Origin: a bacterium | GTDB taxonomy: Bacteria; RBG-13-61-14; DATKZS01 | Assembly: GCA_963674965.2 (NCBI GenBank) | Contig: CAXXFL010000006.1 | Coordinates: 448,001 to 512,000 of the forward strand | DNA: 64,000 nucleotides | Reading direction: 5' to 3' | Shown here: positions 10,204-19,007 of the stretch, one piece after another | How the letters are laid out: every line of letters begins with the position of its first letter | Numbering within the stretch: position 1 is the stretch's first letter | Position numbers and translations under genes: made by a program | Notes under the pieces: generated by a model | What the model was told of the DNA's origin: nothing | The model's input: the letters and a program-made list of their open reading frames with translations, nothing else | Databases searched by the model: none

Positions 10204-11214
10204 ATGCCGATATTTAAGGTCATAATCGAAAGCCATGTTTCCCTGGAACCGACCGGTCCGTTCATCTTGAAGTTCGCCAAGGCTTACGGGATGAGCGCCG
10301 AGGAGTCCCGCTCCTGGATCGAGTCTCGCTCCCGCGTGATCTACGAGTTCGACACCTTCGAGGAGGCCCAGAAGGCGCGCCACTTCCTCGAGACCATCGG
10401 TGGGGCCGCCATGGTCAGGGAGGAAGGCGAGCCGGCGGCCCCGGTCTACTCGACCGAAATATTCTCCGGCCCGGAGAAAACCCGGTCCGCCCCCTCCGCG
10501 CCCCCCAGCGAGCCCTGTCCCAAGTGCGGCGCCACGCTGGCGGGCCTTCCCCAAAAATGCCCCGCCTGCGGCATCCTGATCGGACCTTACAAGGACGCCC
10601 AGCTTCGCCTCAAACAACGAGCCGCCCAGCGGACGCCCGCGATCGCGTCGCCGACGCCGCCACCCCCTTCATACGGCGCTTATTATGAGGAAAAGGACGC
10701 GACGCCCGAGAAGAAAAGGATATCGACCGGCCTCATCGTGGCGCTGACCGCCGCCGCCCTGCTCCTGCTTCTTCTTGTCGTCTCCGGTTCCATAGTGGTG
10801 AAAAGGGTCCGCCAGGCCCGGATAGCTTATAAAGAAAACTCCAGGGAAGTCGAGGAAATCAGGACCCAGTACCGCAACTATCAGAACGTATCCATGCAGG
10901 TTGAGGCCAAGACCAACCTTATGGGCATATTCATCACCCAGATGGCGCATTTCGGCGAATACAACTCCTACGCGGACAACTTCGAGGATTTGAGATGGGG
11001 CCCGGAGGGAAGACACCGCTATTCCTACTACCTGGCCGACGACTCGATCCTGGCGCCGGTCAACCCTCAGGAACTGCCCGAGGAGATATACCTCGAGGCG
11101 GACGATCATGGGTTCCAGGCCGCCGCCGTGGCCAATCTCGATTCCGACTCCGACCTCGACGTGTGGATCATCGACGATAGAAAAAACTTAAGGAATGTCA
11201 TGAGCGACCTGTAG
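10204..11214 (+). CDS. Membrane protein: N-terminal domain, zinc ribbon, TM helix, C-terminal type IV pilin-like head domain
   Basis: CPKC...CPAC; TM at LIVALTAAALLLLLLVVSG; EAKTNL..IF..Q..HFGEYNSY...RYSY...FQAAAVANLDSDSDLDVW resembles the head of deltaproteobacterial/Myxococcus PilA. Confidence 0.7.
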   Translation: MPIFKVIIESHVSLEPTGPFILKFAKAYGMSAEESRSWIESRSRVIYEFDTFEEAQKARHFLETIGGAAMVREEGEPAAPVYSTEIFSGPEKTRSAPSAPPSEPCPKCGATLAGLPQKCPACGILIGPYKDAQLRLKQRAAQRTPAIASPTPPPPSYGAYYEEKDATPEKKRISTGLIVALTAAALLLLLLVVSGSIVVKRVRQARIAYKENSREVEEIRTQYRNYQNVSMQVEAKTNLMGIFITQMAHFGEYNSYADNFEDLRWGPEGRHRYSYYLADDSILAPVNPQELPEEIYLEADDHGFQAAAVANLDSDSDLDVWIIDDRKNLRNVMSDL

Positions 11215-11224
11215 CCGCTTGCCG

Positions 11225-11258
11225 AAAAAAGCGGCCCGGACATGGGTCCGAGCCGCTT
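11225..11258 (-). terminator. Intrinsic terminator after pilY1 (possibly bidirectional)
   Basis: AAAAAA-GCGGCCCGGAC-ATGG-GTCCGAGCCGC-TT; T6 follows the stem on the minus strand. Confidence 0.7.
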
Positions 11259-11280
11259 GGATCAGCCGTGGCCGCGAGGT

Positions 11281-14200
11281 CTACTGGATGATCTCGTCTC
11301 CCCAGGAGAGTGGAGTGGCGGGGGTAAACTCGGGCTCTTTGAGTAATTCCGGCTCTCCTTCCGGACTGGTGTCGAAAAGTCCTCCTCCCGACTCGCCGAA
11401 GTTGGAGGTGGAAAGCTCACGGTCCTCCGTTTCTTCGACGTACGATCCTTCCTCCATGACCGCCTCTCCGGTCAGATAGTTGAGGGCCCAAAGCCTGACC
11501 TTGCCGTAATCGCAGGGGTTGCTGCCCTGCTCGGGCAGATAGGTTTTGAACCACAACTCTCCCGAGACGACCGCCAGTTCGGTAATGGGCTTTTCTCCCG
11601 GCTCGAACTCGATGGGCCACAGCGCGGAGTCCCCGCTGATTTCCTCGGGTATTGGCTCGGCGTAGGAGCACGCGGTGGAACCAGGGACGTCGTCGTCCAT
11701 GAGCGCGTACATGTGGTTAACCACCGTCTCGTCAAGGGCGACCTCGGAAAGCTCGACGTGGCCCGTATAGAAGTAGACCAGCTTGGTCCGGTTGGGACCG
11801 GCCACCAGCCGGGGGTGGTACCAGATGGGCTTACGCCAGTTGGGGTTGTCCTCGGAGCCCGTGCCTCCAGTGTTGGGGTCGTCCGAGCTGTCGAAGAACA
11901 GGCAACGCTTCCAGTTGTCCGGATCGGGGTCGGAGAAGTTGAACTTCCATATCCTGCCGTCCAGGTCTCCTATGTAGGCCCAGTCGTAGGACCCGTTGTA
12001 ATCGGAGTCGTACAAGATGGGAGAACCCGGGACCTCGTTCATGTTGGTGTCGCCGCTGTACACGAGCGGGTCGAAGCCGCTAACCTGGTCCGCGCCTGGA
12101 AGCTCGAAGGACTTCAAAAGGTCTCCGGTCAGCGCGTCGATCACGTAGAAATATCCTCCCAAATCCGGGTCGTCATGGTTGGGTTTCATGCCGCCTCCGA
12201 AGAAAGCCGCGTTGACCAGATCGACGTCGGCCCCGTCCTTGTAATAGAGGAAACCGACCTTGGGCTTGGACCAGGTCTGACCAAGGTGCTCGTCGGTAAA
12301 GGTCCAAAGCGGTTCCACGTTGTCGCCCGAGCCGGCAACGGAGTTGGCGTCCGTTATATCGAGGGCGAAATATTCGGTCCCGCCGCCGCCAAGGCCGGAT
12401 ATGAGCACGGTCTTCCACGTCGAGTTGTCGTCAAGAACGTCGGCCGCCACCGGCTCGCCGTCGACTCCGTAAATCTGGATGCCCGAGCGCAGGTAGTGCA
12501 GCTTGTCCAGGACGCCGGGGGGAATAAAGGCGAACATTTCCTCGCCTCCGTCAAAGTCGGAAATGTCCTTGACGGCGAAGGCGTGGAGCAGGCCGTACAT
12601 GGTGCCCACGTAGGCGATGGTCGGCCTGCCGGCGTTATCGAGGGCGAAGTCCCTGTATCCGGGCATCGAGTAGTAATCGAAATTGGAGGGATTCTTGACG
12701 ATGATGGGGGCCGAGTGGTAAACGGGACCCAGGGCCCACTTAACCTGGATTTCGCTGGACTCGAAGGAGGCCCCATCCTCGACGTTGACAAAGTCGATAA
12801 GCTTTTGGGCCTTTTGCGCTCTAACCGAGGAGTTGGATCCCCAGAAAATCTCGTCCGGGTCGAAGTAATCCACCAGGGTCGAGGCGCTGGAGGTCGTGAA
12901 ATCGACCTTGTCCAGGCCGCCCAAGCCGTCGGGAACGGCCGTAAAAACGTTACGGCTGGAAGGCGTCCGGTCGTTAAGCATGATAGCCGCGTTGCCGCCG
13001 CCGTCGCCGTCCTCCCAGGCGTAGCTCGGGGTATCGGACTCGATGTCAAGGGTCCAGCCGTAAAGGTTTCCTTTCCAGAGAGGATAGAAACCGTCTATGT
13101 CGAACCGGGTGGTCAGGATGATCCCCTCGGATATCGACACCTGGGGGGCCGAACGAACGTACTGGCCTTTCATGATCGAGTTCATGATCAGACCAAGAGC
13201 GGTGATGAGACCGTCTTTATTGTCCGCATCGAAAAATTCCGTGATATCGTAGGGGTCGTCACTCATGTCCGAGGCTGCAGCCATGGACACCAACTGTTTT
13301 CCACCATTAGTGTTTGGGTCACTGACGTCTCCTCCGAAGCCGATAAAGAAGCTCTTGACGCCGGTGATGGAAGGATAAGGCGCATCCGTGTCTCCGCCGT
13401 TTTTCAGCCAGTTGACCCACTGTACCTGCCTTAGGATAATACTATCTACCTGGGAGGAACTGGGAGAGCCGGTGTAGTAGCCGAGGGGCTCGCCGTCGGT
13501 CTGCTCGCCGTCGGTCAGGAAGATAAGGAAGTTCCTCCGGCACCCGTTCTCGTAATAGGGGTCATCCTGGATGATATGGTCGTTCTCGGAGCCGGTGGCG
13601 GTGGGATAACCCAGGTCGTACTGCATGTTGTGGTTGCCCGTGTAGCCGGACAGGGAACTGAACAGGTAGTTCTCCCTCGGCACGTGCGCCTGGAGGTCGT
13701 CGTTGAAGAAGTACCGGTAAATGTCGTGAAGCGCCGAGGCGATGGGCGTGGACCCGTTCGGGTTCAGGTCCGAAGTGCTCGCGATGTATTCCTGGAGTAT
13801 CTCGTTCAGGGTTTCCTTGTCGTAAGCCGCGTAAGCGGGAAAATCGGACCAGGCGAAGACGTTCGCCATCAGCTTGCCGCCGATGTCGTCACCCTCCGAG
13901 TCGCGGGGGAAATCCTCGCCGTTATAGCGGAAGGCCATGACGCCGTAGTTCACTTTCTTGTAGGTGTCCAAGAAGCCCAGGTCCTCGAACCCGGCCCGGT
14001 CGTAATAAAGGGAACCGAAGAAACCGCCGAGGGTGTTCCCGTCGCGAGGCCCGAACCAGGGCGTGGTCAGGTCGATGTCGTTCTCGGAGACACCGCTTAT
14101 GCCCACGGCCGTCCGGATGTACTCGTCCAGCCTTACCCCGCTCGAGTCGTCCAGGATGAACTCGTGGGGCTCGTCGGGCAGGTCGCCCGAGCTCACCGCC

Positions 14201-15450
14201 TGGGCGTAGGGGATGGCCCCCACGATGGCGTCTATTATTTCCTGGTCCGTGGGCGGCGGAATCTCCACCACCGGCTTGGGGGCGTTGCCGCTACTGTCAC
14301 AGCCGAAATAAACCACGTACTGGGTCGAGTAGTTGCCGTCATTGGTAAGCCTGCCGCTCCAGTCCCAGGTCCAGTATTTCCCTCCCCAGGCGTTCTCGAG
14401 CGGATAGTCTCCCCGAATCTCACGGAAGGTCGTTCCCGCTCCGTCCCATGTGGCCGGGCACCAGTATTCCTTTTCCTTGCCCGCCACGTGCATGTCCAGC
14501 CAGTCCTGCCAGGATATCTTGTTCTGCTCGATAAGCAGGGCCGTGCTTCCCGCGGGCAGGCTGGCGTCGTTGGCCAGGTTGGTCATGACCTCATCGTAGA
14601 GGATAAACCTGGGAGTATCGTTACTATAGTCGGGGGTCGTTTTATTCGGTATATATCCCGCGCTCCAGTTCCAGTTGGCGAAGAAAAGCTCGCCCCGGCG
14701 CCAGGTACCCCACGGGTCCTGGTACCAGCGGCTTCCATCGGCGGAACGGTACTGCACGGGCACAACGTAGTCGGGAAGAAATTCTCCGGCCGGCGCTCCC
14801 TGTTCCTCATACTTCCAGTAGGCTATTAAGGCGTCGTAAAAGGTCATGGCCCCCGAGTCGGAGCAGTCGGCGTACATCCATATCTCGCGCGTGCCGGAGG
14901 GCCCGTCGTCGTTGACCGTATGGTCGCCCATGAACTTGATGCACTCGGCGTCCATCTCGCGCAGGTATCCGTCAAGGGTGGACAGGGCGCCGAAAACGTC
15001 GCTGTCGTTCCTGGAAACGTCGTCGGGGCTGAGGAAAACGAAGGCCGTGCCCCCGTCGTCCGCGGTAAATGTGCCCCCCCCGACTTCATCGACCAGGAAG
15101 ACCCTGAGAAGGCCCTCGTCTATGTCGTCGAGCACGTTGTACTCGCCCTGGGTGGCGAGGTCGTAATGGGGAATGTAGACCTGGTCGCCCGTGAATCGGG
15201 TGGAACCGTCCGGAAAGTAGACGTACTGCACGCCCGACCCGGTGAGAACGGTGCGCACCACGTCCATCCTGGTCCCGTCGGATCCGCTGGCCCAGTTCAT
15301 ACTTCCCGAGGTGTCTATCATGAGCATGATGTTGGGCGCAACGCTGACGCCGGAGTAGAACGGAAGGTCCGCCGCCTGTCCCATGGCCTGGCCGGCGAAG
15401 AGCGCGGCGAAAAGGGCCGGGACCAACGCTAAAAGTTTATATTTTTTCAT
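11281..15450 (-). CDS. pilY1: Type IV pilus tip adhesin PilY1/PilC (vWA plus beta-propeller)
   Basis: Signal peptide; PNIMLMIDTSGSM MIDAS, TPIASAL, IFLTDG vWA motifs; GLLHAF, GEEMFAFIP, YGVDG, YFALDIT, LGQTWSKP, YIGDLDGRIWK propeller motifs; follows pilV-W-X. Confidence 0.92.
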   Translation of the reverse strand: MKKYKLLALVPALFAALFAGQAMGQAADLPFYSGVSVAPNIMLMIDTSGSMNWASGSDGTRMDVVRTVLTGSGVQYVYFPDGSTRFTGDQVYIPHYDLATQGEYNVLDDIDEGLLRVFLVDEVGGGTFTADDGGTAFVFLSPDDVSRNDSDVFGALSTLDGYLREMDAECIKFMGDHTVNDDGPSGTREIWMYADCSDSGAMTFYDALIAYWKYEEQGAPAGEFLPDYVVPVQYRSADGSRWYQDPWGTWRRGELFFANWNWSAGYIPNKTTPDYSNDTPRFILYDEVMTNLANDASLPAGSTALLIEQNKISWQDWLDMHVAGKEKEYWCPATWDGAGTTFREIRGDYPLENAWGGKYWTWDWSGRLTNDGNYSTQYVVYFGCDSSGNAPKPVVEIPPPTDQEIIDAIVGAIPYAQAVSSGDLPDEPHEFILDDSSGVRLDEYIRTAVGISGVSENDIDLTTPWFGPRDGNTLGGFFGSLYYDRAGFEDLGFLDTYKKVNYGVMAFRYNGEDFPRDSEGDDIGGKLMANVFAWSDFPAYAAYDKETLNEILQEYIASTSDLNPNGSTPIASALHDIYRYFFNDDLQAHVPRENYLFSSLSGYTGNHNMQYDLGYPTATGSENDHIIQDDPYYENGCRRNFLIFLTDGEQTDGEPLGYYTGSPSSSQVDSIILRQVQWVNWLKNGGDTDAPYPSITGVKSFFIGFGGDVSDPNTNGGKQLVSMAAASDMSDDPYDITEFFDADNKDGLITALGLIMNSIMKGQYVRSAPQVSISEGIILTTRFDIDGFYPLWKGNLYGWTLDIESDTPSYAWEDGDGGGNAAIMLNDRTPSSRNVFTAVPDGLGGLDKVDFTTSSASTLVDYFDPDEIFWGSNSSVRAQKAQKLIDFVNVEDGASFESSEIQVKWALGPVYHSAPIIVKNPSNFDYYSMPGYRDFALDNAGRPTIAYVGTMYGLLHAFAVKDISDFDGGEEMFAFIPPGVLDKLHYLRSGIQIYGVDGEPVAADVLDDNSTWKTVLISGLGGGGTEYFALDITDANSVAGSGDNVEPLWTFTDEHLGQTWSKPKVGFLYYKDGADVDLVNAAFFGGGMKPNHDDPDLGGYFYVIDALTGDLLKSFELPGADQVSGFDPLVYSGDTNMNEVPGSPILYDSDYNGSYDWAYIGDLDGRIWKFNFSDPDPDNWKRCLFFDSSDDPNTGGTGSEDNPNWRKPIWYHPRLVAGPNRTKLVYFYTGHVELSEVALDETVVNHMYALMDDDVPGSTACSYAEPIPEEISGDSALWPIEFEPGEKPITELAVVSGELWFKTYLPEQGSNPCDYGKVRLWALNYLTGEAVMEEGSYVEETEDRELSTSNFGESGGGLFDTSPEGEPELLKEPEFTPATPLSWGDEIIQ

Positions 15451-15500
15451 GACCATCCCTCCTTGTATAGGTCTTTTCATTTGCCTTGAAACCCTCATAT

Positions 15501-16049
15501 TCAGTCTATCGCGGCCTTGGCCTGCGCAATTACCTCGACGGTGCGGGAAATAACGGGCGAACCCAGTCCCGCTCCTCCAACCCTGACCACCCCGGTGGAC
15601 CGGACGATGAACTGGCCCTTGGGGCTGGAGACGTCAAGGGCCTCTCCAGCGTCGGCAAACCCCTTGGCTATGCCGCCCTCCGGGTCCGCGTTGAGGACAA
15701 CAACCGTGAACTGGAGGTGGTCCTGCGCGGTCCGGGCGGTGTTGTTCGTCGAATCGAGAGTCACCAGCACCGACGAGGTGTTGCCGTCCATAAGGGCCGC
15801 CCCGATGTTGGTCTGGCCTATGCCCACGAGGCCCGAGTCGCTGGCCGCCCAGGCCATGCCCACCATGACTCCCTCCTCGGCCGCGGAAAGGGCCTCCTCC
15901 GCGAGGCGCAGGTTCCGCGAGGAGTGGATGTCGATGGTCGAGACGCTTATAAGCCCGAAACCCAAAAAGGTGAGCACCAAAAGGAAGATGATGGCCACGA
16001 AAAGAGCTTGTCCCTTTTGGCCTTGCGATGCTTTTCTCGAAGTGTTCAT
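15501..16049 (-). CDS. pilX: Minor pilin PilX
   Basis: KG|QALFVAIIFLLVLTFLG prepilin-like start lacking Glu5; ALSAAEEG motif; position between pilW and pilY1. Confidence 0.88.
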   Translation of the reverse strand: MNTSRKASQGQKGQALFVAIIFLLVLTFLGFGLISVSTIDIHSSRNLRLAEEALSAAEEGVMVGMAWAASDSGLVGIGQTNIGAALMDGNTSSVLVTLDSTNNTARTAQDHLQFTVVVLNADPEGGIAKGFADAGEALDVSSPKGQFIVRSTGVVRVGGAGLGSPVISRTVEVIAQAKAAID

Positions 16050-16077
16050 GATATTTCTCCTTTCCTCGCGCCCATGT

Positions 16078-17160
16078 TCAGGGCGTGCATCCCACTATCT
16101 GGCAGTCGAAGGACTCGACGCTCAGGTTTCTCGGCTTGACCGTGGTGGAGAACCTTCTCCTGATGGGCCGGTCCTCATCCCGGAACTTGTCCGACCGGGT
16201 CCAGAGGCTGACCGTCACCGACCTTAACCGGCAGGGGTTGCAAAGTATGCCTTCCTCCGCCATGATTTCCCCGGCCGACAAGGCGGCCTTGGTCGCGTTC
16301 GCGTTCCGGTAGGTCACCTGGAAATCGTCCACCCCCCGGGCCAGGATAAGGTTCTGGTCATCGTCGTCCAGGTCGCAGCCCGCCGCCGTGCAGTTGCACA
16401 TGTAAAGGTTGTATTCCTTATTGCCCCGGTCGTCGGTCTCGTCGGTGTTGACGTAATAAACGCGCCGGTAAAAGGGAGAGATGATGGCCTTATTGCTCAC
16501 GGCGGTACTGAAGGCGCCGCTGATGGTTATCAAGTCTCCCGAGACCGAGGATATCTCGTACATGTTGGAGCTGAATCCCTCGGAGACCACCAGCCAGCCG
16601 GGCTTGTTGAAATCTGAGGCGTCCGTGAACATGGCCCCGTCCCCGGAAAGAACGGTAATGCTGTTGGTCCCCGCCCCGGCGCCAAAAGTGGGGTAAGTGG
16701 TCTGGCGCTGGAAATTGCCCCATATCTCGACGGCGTCGGTATATTCATCTCCTCCCCCCCGGGAGGAGTTGGCGTTGGTTTTAATATCGTTACCCAGGGT
16801 CACGGACTCGCTGACGCCCACGATGACGCTGTTGCCGTTCTTGACGCTTATCACGGGGTATACCTGGTTGGGGTTAATGGGGTTGGCCAGGTTGGCCACG
16901 CCGCGGGGGGCCCCCGTAAAGCCGGCCATTCGGAGGTCGCGGGCGATCATATAAAGGGCCATACGGGCCGAGGCCTGGCTCCGGGCCAACTCGGACTGGG
17001 TCTGGAAGGTCTTGGACTGGTCGGTGAACACGCTGACCATGGCCGTGAGCACGATGGCGGAGATGACCAGGGCGATGAGGAGCTCGATCAGGGTAAAACC
17101 GCTTTTACCGCTTTTTCCCATTGGATTGTTTTTCATGCCGATCATTTTTCCACTCCTCAC
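16078..17160 (-). CDS. pilW: Minor pilin PilW (exact start uncertain among several Met)
   Basis: SG|FTLIELLIALVI prepilin motif; IARDLRMAGF motif; LARGVDDFQVTY near the C-terminus. Confidence 0.9.
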   Translation of the reverse strand: MRSGKMIGMKNNPMGKSGKSGFTLIELLIALVISAIVLTAMVSVFTDQSKTFQTQSELARSQASARMALYMIARDLRMAGFTGAPRGVANLANPINPNQVYPVISVKNGNSVIVGVSESVTLGNDIKTNANSSRGGGDEYTDAVEIWGNFQRQTTYPTFGAGAGTNSITVLSGDGAMFTDASDFNKPGWLVVSEGFSSNMYEISSVSGDLITISGAFSTAVSNKAIISPFYRRVYYVNTDETDDRGNKEYNLYMCNCTAAGCDLDDDDQNLILARGVDDFQVTYRNANATKAALSAGEIMAEEGILCNPCRLRSVTVSLWTRSDKFRDEDRPIRRRFSTTVKPRNLSVESFDCQIVGCTP

Positions 17161-17795
17161 ATGTTATATTGCGTGGTGCTCTCGATAACCACGTGATGGG
17201 CGCCCATGCTCCTGAAGGCGGAGAAGCTCCAGTCCTGCTCGAGGTTGACGCTGGCCGGCCTGTCCTTGGGGTTCTCCCACCAGATGACCTCGACCGTGAT
17301 GAGAAGCTGGCCCGGGGCCGGGATGGGAATGTTGGTCACGTCCAGCGCGGCGGTACTGGCCCCTCCGTTCTCGATCGTCCAGCGAAGGTAATACCTGGTG
17401 TCGATCCCGCCATCGGCCCTGGTCCGCCCGAACTCGTCCACCGGGTCCGAGAAGTAATGCCAGTCCGAGGGAAGGCCGTCGCCCGCCGCGACGGTCCGGT
17501 TCGAGTTCGAGTTGTCGTCAAGGTAATGGTTCAGGTTGGGGTTGTCGTCCCTGATGACGGCCCCATCAACGTAGGGAGCGTCAGTGGGGCGAGTATGGTC
17601 GAATGGCAGGGCTTTCAGAAACTCCATTTGCCGCTGGGCGAGCTGGGTCGCCGCCGTCATGTGCTTGCTGAACTGGATTCCCCTGATGGCGGCGACCTGG
17701 AGCTGGGCTATGGCCAGAAGACCCACCGCGAGAACCACCAAGGCGAATAAAACCTCGATGAGGCTGAACCCGCCGTCCCTTTGTCTACTCCTCAT
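17157..17795 (-). CDS. pilV: Minor pilin PilV
   Basis: GG|FSLIEVLFALVVLAVGLLAIAQLQ; ATQLAQRQMEFLK; AGGAGG RBS before ATG 17795. Confidence 0.88.
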   Translation of the reverse strand: MRSRQRDGGFSLIEVLFALVVLAVGLLAIAQLQVAAIRGIQFSKHMTAATQLAQRQMEFLKALPFDHTRPTDAPYVDGAVIRDDNPNLNHYLDDNSNSNRTVAAGDGLPSDWHYFSDPVDEFGRTRADGGIDTRYYLRWTIENGGASTAALDVTNIPIPAPGQLLITVEVIWWENPKDRPASVNLEQDWSFSAFRSMGAHHVVIESTTQYNM

Positions 17796-17892
17796 TACGT
17801 CCGGCCTCCTTTGCGATTTATTTGGCACGTTATTTCCAAATGTTTCCGATTTATTACGCTTTTTCATGTCTACCCTTTCGCATAACAGGACA

Positions 17893-17908
17893 AGCACCTT
17901 TTGTGCCA
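17893..17908 (-). promoter_or_regulatory. sigma54 promoter for pilV-W-X-Y1
   Basis: Minus strand TGGCACAAAAGGTGCT (GG-N10-GC) about 100 nt upstream of pilV, with a long AT-rich region upstream. Confidence 0.7.
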
Positions 17909-19007
17909 AAGACCATCATTGATTTTCATATTTAATTTATTCCAATATTACAGCCTCTTACATGATAACGCCAAGACCGAACAAACGGTAAAAATGAACT
18001 TTTTGCATACCTTTTCCTGGACTGAAATAATGACGGATTTTAAAGATGAATCCAAAGCTTGATTTAGACGTCGAAATTTTGAACGAGGATTCAGTAAAGG
18101 AAACGGGCGTTTTGCCACCCTTCATGGCGGCGTTAATGTAAGCCATTAATATTAATAATAAATTACCAAGCGATAAAAATGCCCGAATAAAATGGGGGAC
18201 AAAAACAAAAAGGCATAAACCGGAAAGTAAAGCGGACCGAATTACTCCGCAAATTTTTCATAGTTGTTCTAAGCGAAAAATCTCTAAAATGGGAATCTCA
18301 AGGGGTTTGACAAGAACATTCGATGAATGCCATCACAAAAACAGCTTTTGTCCGCATTATAAGCCAGACGTTTTTCTCGATTTAAAGAAACATATTTTAT
18401 AAATTATTTCAATAACTAAAGCAATAAATAAATTCTTTCCCGGCCCTTCCCGTATCCATTGTAAATCCGAAGCGCAAAGCCTTTTATCCGACACTTTCGT
18501 TACCATGAAAATATTTCATACTCATTTTAAACGCTTTAAAGCCGAACAACGCGTTCTTTTGAATTTAACCCGCCGCTTTTATAAAAGGTGGCTTTCCATT
18601 CGGGCACAGCCAAGAGGTCCGGCCTTTGAACCATCATCCGGACGAGACGCGGATCGGTCATATGATTGCGAGTTTTTTGGCGCTCCAGCTTGAACTGGAT
18701 TTGCAACGTCGGATCGAGGAAAGAACCGGCGCGCCGATCGCCCGGATGGAAAACCCATGATTCATACCGATCGTTAAAATAAGCCCCTCCGTCCCGCTTC
18801 CCATCCGAAAATCACGGACCTCAAATCAAAGCAAAACCAAGACCGAATATACCCCCAAGTCCCGGCGATGAAAAAGCCAATCTTCCATGCAAAGATACAG
18901 GCGCCGGAGGCCGCGGAACTTTAGCCCCGGCAAGCGGTAACGCCGGCGCGACGCCCGGCGTGGTATTGACGACCCGGCCAAAGTATAATAGGGCAAATTG
19001 AAAAGGA

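Noticed and set aside
11713-15432. Long + strand ORFs opposite pilY1 (573, 417 and 170 aa)
   Set aside because: Antisense shadows of pilY1 with no recognisable domain
17823-17838. + strand TGGCACGTTATTTCC as a sigma54 promoter
   Set aside because: Lacks the -12 GC and points into a non-coding region; the minus-strand site at 17893-17908 fits better
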